Positions 31,162 through 40,839 of a DNA stretch of 64,000 nt are shown one piece after another. The notes below the pieces were generated by a model. The model was not told the DNA's origin and did not search any database. It saw nothing but the letters and a program-made list of their open reading frames with translations. This stretch comes from Thermoanaerobaculia bacterium (lineage in GTDB: Bacteria; Acidobacteriota; Thermoanaerobaculia; Multivoradales; Multivoraceae). Numbering within the stretch: position 1 is the stretch's first letter; every line of letters starts with the position of its first letter. The DNA is taken from positions 3,680,001 through 3,744,000 of the forward strand of contig OY762911.1 of the NCBI GenBank assembly GCA_963666565.1, written 5' to 3'. A program made the position numbers and the translations under genes.

Positions 31162-32229
31162 TCAGATGGCCCGCAACTTCGGCCGGCGCTCCGCCTCGAG
31201 TTCCGGATAGAACTGACGGCAATACTGGCGGTACTTCCCGATGGGGCCGTCGGCGCGGCACAGGCGTGGCGGAGACTTGTACCGCTTCCGCTCCCAGATG
31301 ACGATGTCCTCCTTCACGTAGCGCTTCTCCTGCCAGTTCGCGAACCAGTTCAGCAGCGGATGGCGCGCGCCCGTGGGCAGGAAGCGCAGCCCGGCGACGA
31401 AGTGCTTCGGCTTGCCGAGCCTGCGCACCTGGCTGACCAGCCTCATCTCGCAGAGCGTCCCGTCGACCGGCGTGGCCAGGACCCACAGCCTTGAGTCCAT
31501 CCCGATCGTCTTGTCGTGGAACTCGACCAAGGAGTACCCCAGCCCGTGGATGTGGGTGTCGGCCGAGACGCGGTTGACCAGGTATGTCAGCCCCATGACC
31601 TTCTGCACGGCCGTGAAGTCGAAGCGGCTCCTGAGGTACGCCCCGTCGACCGAGACGGAGCCGACCGGCCGCACGTCGTCGTAGCCGTGCGTGTAGCCCA
31701 GGTGTTCCACGTCCACGGAGTTCTCCGTCGTCTCCTGCGGATGGCCCCGGAACCGCAGGGTGCAGGACCGCAACTCGCTCCACTCGGCGCCGGCGGGCGG
31801 TTCGTCCGGCAGATGCCACTGCGACGAGCGACCGCCGGCGCCCCACCAGGCGAAGATCATGCCGAGGATCTCCGTCGTCTCGTAGGTCTGGAGCCTCGCG
31901 CCGCTGGGCGGCGGCGCATGCGGGGTCGCCACGCACCGGCCGGTCGCGTCGAACTCGAAGCCGTGGAACGGGCAGACCAGACAGCCGTCGCGGACCTTGC
32001 CGCCAACCGTGGGCCCCAGGTGAGAGCCCAGATGTGGACACGCCGCGTCGGAGACGCAGATGCGGCCCTCGTCGTCGCACCAGACGACGATCTCCTCGCC
32101 CAGCCACGTCCTCTCGATCAGCTTCTTCCGCAGAATCGCGTCGCGGCTCGCCACGAAGTACCAGCCCTCGGGGAAAGGCGGCAGTTCATCGTCTGGACTC
32201 AACGTAGGTCGATCCGGCTTCGAGATCAT
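31162..32229 (-). CDS. Rieske non-heme iron oxygenase/desaturase (Neverland/KshA-like)
   Basis: FPEGWY, CPHLG..CPFHG Rieske ligands, ENSVDVEHLGYTH and EDIVIW mononuclear-iron motifs; start ATG 32229. Confidence 0.88.
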   Translation of the reverse strand: MISKPDRPTLSPDDELPPFPEGWYFVASRDAILRKKLIERTWLGEEIVVWCDDEGRICVSDAACPHLGSHLGPTVGGKVRDGCLVCPFHGFEFDATGRCVATPHAPPPSGARLQTYETTEILGMIFAWWGAGGRSSQWHLPDEPPAGAEWSELRSCTLRFRGHPQETTENSVDVEHLGYTHGYDDVRPVGSVSVDGAYLRSRFDFTAVQKVMGLTYLVNRVSADTHIHGLGYSLVEFHDKTIGMDSRLWVLATPVDGTLCEMRLVSQVRRLGKPKHFVAGLRFLPTGARHPLLNWFANWQEKRYVKEDIVIWERKRYKSPPRLCRADGPIGKYRQYCRQFYPELEAERRPKLRAI

Positions 32230-32349
32230 GGGGTCAGCGTTCCTCTTCGGGTTGACACGCACCGGCGGTCAGGACACCAGGGTCGACCTCCCAGTCAACT
32301 CGCCCGCCTCTAAGGCCAACTATCCTAACAACATGGCTCCACCGGGGCT

Positions 32350-33765
32350 CTAGCGGTTCGGCGGCTGCCAGTTCGGATGAGGCACGTGGGCCGCTTCCAT
32401 GATCCCCTCGATCTCTCTCACGACCTCCGGGTGGTTCCGGGCCACGTCGTACCGTTCGCCCTCGTCCCGCAGGACATCGTAGAGCTCGAGGCGGCCCGTC
32501 AGCATCGGCTTGCGGACTCCCTTCCACTGCCCCATCCGAACCGCCTGCGCCGAGCCCGCTTCGTAGAATTCCCAGTAAAGGTAGTCGTGTGCCCGCTGCT
32601 CGCCGGCGCGTCCCCGCAACGTCGGCGCGAAGCTGATCGAGTCCGTGGCCGGCGGCATGTCGACGTCCGAGAGATCGGCGACGGTAGCCATCAGGTCGCC
32701 GAAGTAGCCGATGTGGGTCGATACCTGGCCGGGCTCGATCGTCCCCGGCCACCACGCCAGAAAGGGCACGCGGATGCCGCCATCGTAGAGGTCCCGCTTG
32801 ATGCCCCGCAGGTCGCCGGAGGGGTTGAACCGAAGGAGGTCGTGGTTCGACTCGTTATGCGGTCCGTTGTCCGACGAGAACATGACGAGCGTCCTGTCGT
32901 CGATCCCCAGTTCCGCGAGCCGCCGGAGCAGCGTGCCCACGTCCCGGTCCATGCGGGTGATCATCGCCGCCTGACCCTTGTCGGGATTCGGCCAGTCCTC
33001 TGACTCGTAGACGCCGTACTCCGGCACCTCCGCCCCGTCGCCGACGGCCCGCGTGGCTTCGTTGTTGGCGTGCGGAATCGTCAGCGCGAGGTAGAGGAAG
33101 AAGGGTGCGTCCTTCTGCTCCTCGACCCATGCCAGCGCCTCGCGCATGATCAGGTCGTGGGAGTACTCCTTGCGCTCCGTCGCCCAACCGCCCTCGAAAC
33201 CGCCATACGGACGCGGCGTCCTCTCGACATTGTTCCGGAGCGAGACCTTCTCCAGACCCCGCCACAGGAACTCGGGATAGTAGTTGTGGGCATGAACCTG
33301 GTTGAGGTAGCCATAGAACGCGTCGAACCCCTGGCTGAGGGGATGGCCTTCCATGCCGACCTCGCCGAGGCCCCACTTGCCGAACAGGCCGGTCGCGTAG
33401 CCGGCCGACTTCAGCACCTCCGCGACGGTGACGTCCTCTTCGCGCAGCGACTGGGCGGTTCCCCTGGCGTTGCCGCGGACATGGGTGCGTCCCGTGTGCT
33501 GCCCGGTCATCAGGACGCTGCGGGACGGAGCGCACACTGTCGCTCCCGCGTAGAAGTGCGTGAAACGGATCCCTTCGGCGGCCATGCGGTCCAGGCTGGG
33601 CGTCCGGATCACCCGCTGGCCGTAGGACCCGAGGTCTCCATAGCCGAGGTCGTCCGCCAGGATGAAGATCACGTTCGGCCGGTCCGTGCCCGCAGCAGCG
33701 CCCGCCGTCCCGACGAGCAGAATCGTCAGGCCGACGAGAACCGTTCTCTTCGGGCTCCGCCACAT
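32350..33765 (-). CDS. Arylsulfatase (formylglycine type), secreted
   Basis: Signal peptide, PNVIFILADDLG, CAPSR, GKWGLG, SSDNG. Confidence 0.95.
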   Translation of the reverse strand: MWRSPKRTVLVGLTILLVGTAGAAAGTDRPNVIFILADDLGYGDLGSYGQRVIRTPSLDRMAAEGIRFTHFYAGATVCAPSRSVLMTGQHTGRTHVRGNARGTAQSLREEDVTVAEVLKSAGYATGLFGKWGLGEVGMEGHPLSQGFDAFYGYLNQVHAHNYYPEFLWRGLEKVSLRNNVERTPRPYGGFEGGWATERKEYSHDLIMREALAWVEEQKDAPFFLYLALTIPHANNEATRAVGDGAEVPEYGVYESEDWPNPDKGQAAMITRMDRDVGTLLRRLAELGIDDRTLVMFSSDNGPHNESNHDLLRFNPSGDLRGIKRDLYDGGIRVPFLAWWPGTIEPGQVSTHIGYFGDLMATVADLSDVDMPPATDSISFAPTLRGRAGEQRAHDYLYWEFYEAGSAQAVRMGQWKGVRKPMLTGRLELYDVLRDEGERYDVARNHPEVVREIEGIMEAAHVPHPNWQPPNR

Positions 33766-33774
33766 AGAGCGACC

Positions 33775-34171
33775 TCAATCTGCTCGCAGGTGCGTCGTCG
33801 TCATGTCAATCAGCAGTCGGTCTGTTGGACCCGTTACGAGGGTCCGCACAACAATGAGCTTCCCTCCACGCCTGATTGCCGTCGACCGGGCGGTCAGCTT
33901 GCCGTCGCGCTCATTGCCGAGCAAGACTGTGTGCGGCCAAGGGGAAGCCTTCACCGTTCTCCCGCACACTGTCCGGATCGCCGACCGCACAAAGCGTCGC
34001 TGCGATATCGGCTAACCAGATCAATGCTCCGGCGTGGACCGTTCCGAACGCGTTCCTTGCCGCATCGGTGACAGTCATTGTTGCCACCACCAAGTCCGGT
34101 TCTCGGGACTCGATAGTGAGTGCGAGCCCGCCTGACCAGCGGTCTTCGGCAAGACGTTCATTGACGTTCAC
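33775..34171 (-). pseudogene. PaaI/hotdog thioesterase, frameshifted near 33934
   Basis: Frame 1 NAFGTVHAGALIWLADIAA..GFPLA; frame 2 continues HTVLLGNERDGKLTARSTAIRRGGKLIVVRTLV..TTHLRAD*. Confidence 0.8.
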
Positions 34172-34250
34172 GAGCTTCTCCTCCTAGCCTGGGAGTTCTC
34201 GGACTCTAAGACTCTGCGGGCTCTATCGAAACGGGGCGCTGGTGTCGTGA

Positions 34251-35660
34251 TCAAACCCGGACGGAGGCCAGAACTTCGACGAGTGCATCGATATCGCGTT
34301 CGCTCGTTCGCCCGTTGGTTATGCAGGCTCGCAGCACCGGCTTGCCTTCGAAGATTGCAGTTGACACCCAGAACCGGCCGTCGCTGCGAACGGCATCGAC
34401 GTAGTTTCGAACGGCTTCATGGCCTTCGGGTGGCACGAGGCATGCAACGGCCATGGGAGAGTGGTTCACGAGCGACCAACCTTCGTGCTGCAACAGCCAT
34501 GCGAGTCTGTCCGCCAATCGAATGGCGCGCTCTACATGGTCCGCGTATCCCATCCATCCTGCTGTTCCGAGTGCAAGAAACATCCGCAGTCCGACGAACC
34601 GTCGCGACCACTGGTTGGAATTGACATAGAAGTCCTTGGTCGTGTCGCTCCTGGGCATGTAGCTCGCATCTATGCGGAAGACCTGAGCGGCGAGATCCGG
34701 TCTGGAGGTCAGGAACATGCCCGCCCCCATGGTCGTTGCGAACCACTTGTGGGCGTCAATCGTGATCGAGTCCGCTTGTTCGATGCCCCTGAGAGCGCCA
34801 GTATCTCTGGCGATCAGCGCACCACCCCATGCCGCGTCGACGTGGAACCACATGCCGTGCTTTCTGGCTATTTCGCCGCACTGCGTCAACGGATCGACCA
34901 TCCCCGCGTTGGGCGTGCCAGCCGTCGCCGCTATCATGACAGGCATGTTGCCACTGCGGACGTCAGTTTCGATCGTTTCGGTCAACGCCTCGGGGTCCAT
35001 GCGTCCGCGCCCATCGGTCTGAATCAGCCGGACCGCGTTGCGCCCGACGCCCGCGGCGTGAGCGATCTTCAGCCATGCCAAATGGCTCTCCTCCGACACA
35101 AAAATGCGCGGCGGATGGGCGAATGCACACAAGCCATCATCACCGTACGCCGGGGATCCTGCTTGCAGAGCGCAGAGCATTCCCGTGAAGTTCGCTTCCG
35201 ATCCACCGCTTGTGAAGTGTCCGCCCGAGCCATCCGGCATGCCGGCCCTGCGTGCTACTTCCCGGATCACGTGCAGTTCGATCTCGACCGCCGCCGGCGC
35301 ATGCGAATGGACGCAGATCTGGGGGTTGAATACAGAGACAATGCGGTCGGCGCACTCGGCGGCAAACGTCGGCGCAGGGTTGAACAAGCCAAGATAGCCC
35401 GGATGCGTCACGTGTACCGTGCCGGTTTCGAGCCCCTCGATCACCCATTCCACTAGTCCCGCCAGCTCCTTGGGCTGGTGGAATTCCATGCTTCGCAGTT
35501 CCCGGAGCCACACGCCGGACGGGCCGCCGGGAACTACGTCGCGCGACGGCATGAGACGTCGCGCCGCGCCAAGGCGCTCGGTGAGCCTGTGGTCTGCTGC
35601 CGTCAGGGAATCATGGTCGGGAAACAGCGAACCGTTCGGATTGGTGTTCATTTTGGTCAT
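34251..35660 (-). CDS. Group II PLP-dependent decarboxylase
   Basis: FTSGGSEAN, SHLAW, TAGT, HVDAAWGG, IDAHKW (PLP Lys); visibly lower GC than its neighbours. Confidence 0.92.
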   Translation of the reverse strand: MTKMNTNPNGSLFPDHDSLTAADHRLTERLGAARRLMPSRDVVPGGPSGVWLRELRSMEFHQPKELAGLVEWVIEGLETGTVHVTHPGYLGLFNPAPTFAAECADRIVSVFNPQICVHSHAPAAVEIELHVIREVARRAGMPDGSGGHFTSGGSEANFTGMLCALQAGSPAYGDDGLCAFAHPPRIFVSEESHLAWLKIAHAAGVGRNAVRLIQTDGRGRMDPEALTETIETDVRSGNMPVMIAATAGTPNAGMVDPLTQCGEIARKHGMWFHVDAAWGGALIARDTGALRGIEQADSITIDAHKWFATTMGAGMFLTSRPDLAAQVFRIDASYMPRSDTTKDFYVNSNQWSRRFVGLRMFLALGTAGWMGYADHVERAIRLADRLAWLLQHEGWSLVNHSPMAVACLVPPEGHEAVRNYVDAVRSDGRFWVSTAIFEGKPVLRACITNGRTSERDIDALVEVLASVRV

Positions 35661-35706
35661 CGGAAAGAATGCTCGAGGCGTCGCTCTTTGTCAGGCCACC
35701 GCCGGT

Positions 35707-36612
35707 TCATTCAACTACAGCGCGGGAGGCCTCACGGGCTAGGAGGGTCTGCTTCCGCTCCACTCCCCAGCGGTAGCCACCGACCGCGCCGTCGCTGCGA
35801 ACCACCCGGTGGCAGGGAATCGCTATGGCGAGCGGGTTGGCGGCGCATGCGCTCGCTACTGCCCGGGAAGCTCTCGGCGATCCGACCGCGGCGGCGAGCC
35901 CGCTGTAGCTCGCGGTCTCGCCGGCCGGGATCTCCCGGAGCGCCTGCCAGACTCGCTGCTGGAAGGCCGTGCCGCGGATGTCGAGCGGCAGGTCGTGGCC
36001 GAGGGCCGGTGCTTCGACCAGGCCGACGACCCGCGCCACCAACGACTCGAACTCCGGCTCGCCACCGGCAAGTTCCGCCTTCGGGAAACGGTCCTCCAGC
36101 TCCCGCACCAGCCTGTCAGGCTCGTCGCCGAGCAGGATGCTGCAGATTCCCTTCTCCGTCGCCGCCACGAGAATCGAGCCCAGGGAGCACTCGCCCACCG
36201 CGAACCGGATCGTCTCTCCGCCGCCGCCGCGCCGGAACGTCGAGGGCGCCATGCCAAGCAGGTCGGACGATGCCGCGTAGAACCGGCCGCTCGAGTTGAA
36301 GCCGGCGTCGTAGATCGCGTCCGTCACGGTGCGGGAGGTCCGTAGCGCCTCGCGCACCCGATCGCCTCGATGGCCGGCGACGTACGCACGCGGCGTGACG
36401 CCAGTGACTTTCTTGAAGACCCGGTGGAAATGGAACCGGCTCATGCCGGCCGCCTGCGCCAGCACGTCGAGATCCGGGGGCTCCACCGCCGCCTCGATCG
36501 CGCGGCAGGCCGCTGCCACGACCTCCGCGTGCCGTTCAGCGAGAGGCCGTTCGTTCGCCCGGGAACGGCGGCCGCGTGTCATCGGGGTTCGGTTGTCTAC
36601 TGATTCGGCCAT
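35707..36612 (-). CDS. ada: Ada-type AraC-HTH plus O6-methylguanine-DNA methyltransferase, lacking the N-terminal Zn domain
   Basis: MSRFHFHRVFKKVTGVTP HTH, GTAFQQRVW, IPCHRV active site; no Cys-rich Zn motif. Confidence 0.85.
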   Translation of the reverse strand: MAESVDNRTPMTRGRRSRANERPLAERHAEVVAAACRAIEAAVEPPDLDVLAQAAGMSRFHFHRVFKKVTGVTPRAYVAGHRGDRVREALRTSRTVTDAIYDAGFNSSGRFYAASSDLLGMAPSTFRRGGGGETIRFAVGECSLGSILVAATEKGICSILLGDEPDRLVRELEDRFPKAELAGGEPEFESLVARVVGLVEAPALGHDLPLDIRGTAFQQRVWQALREIPAGETASYSGLAAAVGSPRASRAVASACAANPLAIAIPCHRVVRSDGAVGGYRWGVERKQTLLAREASRAVVE

Positions 36613-36736
36613 ACGCATCCTCCCTCCGGTACTCCGTCACCGAGTAGCGACCGCAGCTACGTGCCGCGCAGAGAATCCTCGTATGACCGGCGCAGCATTG
36701 CACCTCGGTTCTTGCTCTCGACTCGGACTCGCCTCG

Positions 36737-37738
36737 CTACCGGACGCGGCGGTACGTTTCGTCGAGCGGCGGCAAGTAGACCGGCGGGCTGCCGTAGAAG
36801 TGACCGCGCAGGAAGCGCACCGACGTGTCGAGCGTGAGGTTGCGCCGGCGCTCCAGCGCTTCGACGCACGCCTCGTAGTCGGGGCCGTTACCGCCCAGAC
36901 GCGCCATGACGGCGGGCCGGGTCGCCCGCCAGTGCTCGTAGCTGGCGTAGCGAGCCATCATGTAGACCTCGTCGAAGTCGGTGCTTTCGGTTGCACCGAC
37001 TTCGGCTCCCCTGCGATCGAGCTCCTCGGGCGCCGGATACACCCGGCGCCACTGCCCGACGATCCGCGCGCCGTTCTTCTCGAAGTACGGCCAGACGCCT
37101 TCGCGGCTCAGCCGGCTGAACTCCTCGAAGGTCCCCTTGCGGATGCGGAAGTAGCGCAGCGTGATGATCTCCTCGCCCCGACGGGCTCGAGCGCTCCGCA
37201 CCGGGAGTTCGGCACTGGCATCCGCTTCGGGCTCGGCAATCTCGTACTCCTCGTCAAGACCGGGCATGTAGTACGGCCCGCCGGGCGCCATGTCCCCGAC
37301 GAGATAGATCGGACCGTCCGACCCCAGCTCCAACTGGCGTCTGGCGGCCAGCGCCTCGCGGAAGGCCTGCCAGTCCTCGCCGTTGCCGCCCAGCCGGTCC
37401 GCGGCCCGGGTGGCGGCCCAGTGGTTGTAACTGCGGTAGCGAGCCAACCGGTAGCCCTCGTCGAAGTCGTCGCTCTCACCGCCATCCGGGTGGACCACTT
37501 GCCACTGGCCCACGACGCGGCTGCCGATCTTCTCGAAGATTGGCCAGACGCCGTCGCGGCTCAGCTCGAAGAAGCGCTCGTGGGCCCCCTTCTGGAGCTT
37601 CTGGTGGCGAAGGACGAGAAACTCCTCGCCGGCGCGGGCGATGTCGTTGCGAACGGGTCGCGGAGGTTCCTGGGCCGGGAGGATCGACGCAGCGGCCAGG
37701 ACCGCAGCGGAGGCAAGCGAGAACGCCATCAGTCGCAT
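36737..37738 (-). CDS. Secreted protein with two tandem NIPSNAP-like domains
   Basis: Signal peptide from ATG 37738; repeats GVWPIFEKIGSRVVGQW..DFDEGYRLARY..HWAATR..RLGGNG and GVWPYFEKNGARIVGQW..DFDEVYMMARY..HWRATR..RLGGNG. Confidence 0.7.
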   Translation of the reverse strand: MRLMAFSLASAAVLAAASILPAQEPPRPVRNDIARAGEEFLVLRHQKLQKGAHERFFELSRDGVWPIFEKIGSRVVGQWQVVHPDGGESDDFDEGYRLARYRSYNHWAATRAADRLGGNGEDWQAFREALAARRQLELGSDGPIYLVGDMAPGGPYYMPGLDEEYEIAEPEADASAELPVRSARARRGEEIITLRYFRIRKGTFEEFSRLSREGVWPYFEKNGARIVGQWRRVYPAPEELDRRGAEVGATESTDFDEVYMMARYASYEHWRATRPAVMARLGGNGPDYEACVEALERRRNLTLDTSVRFLRGHFYGSPPVYLPPLDETYRRVR

Positions 37739-37786
37739 TGTGGTCGCCGCTTCGCGGCGCGCGTTCCCCAGAAGCCGGCGGGAACC

Positions 37787-37812
37787 CGGGTGGCGCGATC
37801 CCGCGCCACCCG
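37787..37812. other. Perfect 11-bp GC-rich stem-loop in an intergenic region
   Basis: cgggtggcgcg-atcc-cgcgccacccg; no U-tract. Confidence 0.55.
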
Positions 37813-37895
37813 CGTCACAGTCCCTGAGCCCGTCATCGGGCGCAGGGATGACACGCCGGCGCACCCAGTGGGCAGCTAGTCGCATCGAAGACCGC

Positions 37896-39476
37896 TCAGT
37901 TCGCCGGCGGCTTCTTCGCTTCGTCCTTCTTCGGCGTCGACTCGGGCGGCTGGGGTTCCGGCGGTTTCGGCGCCGGCTTCGCGTAGATGTCGACCGCCTT
38001 GGCGTCCTCTTCCTCCTCGGTCGGCGGACGCACGCCTTCGCCGAGCATGATCGCCTCGATCGCGGCGACGGTGACCGGGGACGGTTTGAAGTTGCCGAAG
38101 CGGTAGCCGCGCGCGATCGTCAGCGGGGTCCAGCCGTACTTGTTGCGCTGGTTCCAGACCTCGATGTCAGCGCCGTTGTCGGCCAGCAGGTGGACGACCC
38201 GCGGCAGGTTCTTGTAAGCCGCTCCGTGCATCGGTGTCTCGCCGTTGGCGTTCACCGCATCGATGTCGGCGCCCAGTTCCAGCGCCGTCCGCACGGCCTC
38301 GAGCACCTCCTCTTCGGTGCCGGCGTCCTCGCCGGGCGAGCGGGTGCCGAGGCCGGCCGCGGCCATGAGGGCCGTCGAGCCGTCGTCCGTCCGCGTCAGC
38401 GGGTCGGCGCCGAGGTCGGCCAGGGTGCGCATCAGGTCCGCGTCGGCCACCAGCGCCGCCAGGACGAACGGCGTCGCCCCCAACTCGTTCAGGCTCGTGT
38501 TGTTCAGGCGGGCCCTGGTCGTCATCCGGGCCTCGAGATCGGCGCCGTGTTCCACCATGTCGCGGACGAAGTCCAGGCCGTCCATCGAACCCGAACCGTC
38601 CGGCCGCGGGTTGTTGTCGCCGGCCCCGGGCTTGCGCACGCGCGCCAGCATGTGGAGCGCGGTGTAGCCGGTATGGGCCGCGTTCGGGTCGGTGCCCGCG
38701 TCGAGAAGCCGTGCGGCCAGCTCGAAGTGGCCGTTGGTGACCGCGACGAGGAGCGGCGTCGATCCGGGTCGTACGGAGCGGCCGCCCGGCAGCGGACGGT
38801 CCCGCTTCACCGCCTTGCCCGGCGTCGGCGCGTTCACGTCGACGCCGGCCCGGAGCAGCGCCTCCGTCACGTCGATCCGGCCTTCGCGGACCGCGAACAG
38901 CAGCGGCGTGAAGCCGGAATCCAAGGTCGCGTTGGGGTCCGCGCCCACCTCGAGCAGCAGTTCGACGACTTCCAGGTTGCCTTCGGCGGCCGCCCACATG
39001 AGCGCCGTCTGGCCTCGGCTCGGCTCGCGGAAACGGACGTCGGCGCCGGCCTCGTAGAGCGCTGCGACGACCTCGATCCGGCCGGTCCGCGCCGCGGTCA
39101 TGAACACCGTCTCGCCGCCCGCGAGCACGGCGTTGGGGTCGGCGCCCGCGGCCAGGAGCGATTCGACGATCTCGACGTTGCCGTTGGCGCAGGCGAGCGA
39201 CAGCGGGACGACGCCGTAGCGGTTGGCGGCGGAGGCGTCGGCGCCGGCGTCGAGGAGTCGGCGCGCGAGATCGGTTCGGTCGTGGTAGACGGCCCAGTGG
39301 AGGGCCGTCATGCCGTCGACCTGGGCGGCGTTGATCTCGTCGGCGGTCGGCGAGGCCGCGAGGAGGCGCTCGATCATGGCGATGTCGAGGTGTTCGGCGG
39401 CGTCGGCGAGGGGAGCGTTGGCGGTGGCGGCCGCGGCCGGCACGGCAAGGAGGAACGCGAGGACGAAGCTACGCAC
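37896..39476 (-). CDS. Secreted ankyrin-repeat protein
   Basis: Signal peptide; many G.TALHWA/TPLL..GADPN repeats. Confidence 0.93.
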   Translation of the reverse strand: MRSFVLAFLLAVPAAAATANAPLADAAEHLDIAMIERLLAASPTADEINAAQVDGMTALHWAVYHDRTDLARRLLDAGADASAANRYGVVPLSLACANGNVEIVESLLAAGADPNAVLAGGETVFMTAARTGRIEVVAALYEAGADVRFREPSRGQTALMWAAAEGNLEVVELLLEVGADPNATLDSGFTPLLFAVREGRIDVTEALLRAGVDVNAPTPGKAVKRDRPLPGGRSVRPGSTPLLVAVTNGHFELAARLLDAGTDPNAAHTGYTALHMLARVRKPGAGDNNPRPDGSGSMDGLDFVRDMVEHGADLEARMTTRARLNNTSLNELGATPFVLAALVADADLMRTLADLGADPLTRTDDGSTALMAAAGLGTRSPGEDAGTEEEVLEAVRTALELGADIDAVNANGETPMHGAAYKNLPRVVHLLADNGADIEVWNQRNKYGWTPLTIARGYRFGNFKPSPVTVAAIEAIMLGEGVRPPTEEEEDAKAVDIYAKPAPKPPEPQPPESTPKKDEAKKPPAN

Positions 39477-39486
39477 TCTCTCCCCC

Positions 39487-40839
39487 TCAGCCCGCCAGGC
39501 GGACCGGCTCGGCCAGGGTGTCGATCCGGCCGGTGCTGTCGGCGAAGGAGTCGAGCCGCACGCCGACGCTGTCGAGCAGCGTGAGGTGCAGGTTGGCCAT
39601 CGGCGCCGGCTCGTCGTAGACGATGTGCTGGCCGCCGCGGACGGTGCCTCCCCCGCCGCCGGCGACGACGATCGGGAGGTCCACGTGGTCGTGGACGTTC
39701 GGGTTGCCCATGCCGCTGCCGTAGAGGTAGAGCGAGTTGTCGAGCAGGTTGCCGTCGCCCTCCGGCACCGCCGCGAGCTTGTCGAGGAAGTAGGCGAACA
39801 GCGAGACGTGGAACTGGTTGATCTTCGCCAGCTTCGCCACCTTCTCGGGATCGTTGCCGTGGTGCGACGTCGGATGGTGCGGATCCGGCACGCCGATCTC
39901 GGGGTAGGTCCGGTTGCTCGACTCGCGGGCGAGCTGGAACGTGACGACCCGGGTCACGTCGGCCTGGAGCGCCAGCACCTGGAGATCGAACATCAGCCGG
40001 GCGTGGTCGGCGTAGGCCGCGGGCACGCCGGCCGGGCGGTCGACGTCGGGCAGCGCGCCCTCGCCGGCCTGAGCCTCCGCTCTCTGGATGCGCCGCTCGA
40101 CTTCCCGCACCGAGTCGAGGTACTCACTGACCTTGACCCGGTCGCCGGGGCCCAGCATGCCCTGGAGCCGGGTGATGTCCTCGTGCACCCAGTCGAGCAG
40201 GCTGGCCTTGCGCTGGAGCCCCTCGCGCCGCTCGGCCGCCGTGCCGCCCTCGCCGAACAGCCGCTCGAAGACGAGCCGCGGATGGGCCTCGGCCGGCAGC
40301 GGCGTCGTCGGCGACGACCAGGAGAGGTTGTTCTGGTACACGCAGGCGTAGCCGTTGTCGCACTGGCCGACCATGTCCATCAGGTCCATCGCCAGCTCGA
40401 GCGAAGGCAACTGGGTCTCCTGGCCGATCTGTTGCGCCGCGATCTGATCGACCGTCGTGCCGAGGTAGTAGTCCGTGCTCTCGGTCCACTTCGCCTTCGC
40501 CGCGGAGAGAAACGCCGCGTTCGAGGTCGCGTGGGTCCCGGGATAGGCGTTCTTCAGTTCCAGGTTGCTGATCACCGAGATCCGCTTCCTGAAGCCCTCC
40601 AGCGGACTGAGCGACGGCGAGAGTTCACCGAGCGCCCCGCTGCCGCCGGCCGGACGCCAGCGCGTGATGTCGGAGCCCATCGGGATGTAGACGAAGCCGA
40701 GGCGCCGCACGGGCTTGGCCGCGGTCTTCGCCCAGGCGGTCATCGACGGCACCATCGCGTCGAGCAGGGGCAGCGCGATCGCCGCGCCCATGCCGCGCAG
40801 GAAGGTGCGCCGCGGGAGCGCTTTCTTGGTCAGGATCAT
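39487..40839 (-). CDS. DUF1552 domain protein, Tat signal
   Basis: LPRRTFLRGMGAAIALPLLDAM, CDNGYAC, LQADVTRV, HHPTSHH; ATGA overlap with the upstream gene. Confidence 0.9.
   Translation of the reverse strand: MILTKKALPRRTFLRGMGAAIALPLLDAMVPSMTAWAKTAAKPVRRLGFVYIPMGSDITRWRPAGGSGALGELSPSLSPLEGFRKRISVISNLELKNAYPGTHATSNAAFLSAAKAKWTESTDYYLGTTVDQIAAQQIGQETQLPSLELAMDLMDMVGQCDNGYACVYQNNLSWSSPTTPLPAEAHPRLVFERLFGEGGTAAERREGLQRKASLLDWVHEDITRLQGMLGPGDRVKVSEYLDSVREVERRIQRAEAQAGEGALPDVDRPAGVPAAYADHARLMFDLQVLALQADVTRVVTFQLARESSNRTYPEIGVPDPHHPTSHHGNDPEKVAKLAKINQFHVSLFAYFLDKLAAVPEGDGNLLDNSLYLYGSGMGNPNVHDHVDLPIVVAGGGGGTVRGGQHIVYDEPAPMANLHLTLLDSVGVRLDSFADSTGRIDTLAEPVRLAG

Noticed and set aside
13500-35700. Integrative element or prophage
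   Set aside because: No integrase, transposase, tRNA target or phage genes recognised
37740-37895. Riboswitch or ribozyme
   Set aside because: Hairpins are present but no recognisable conserved core motif
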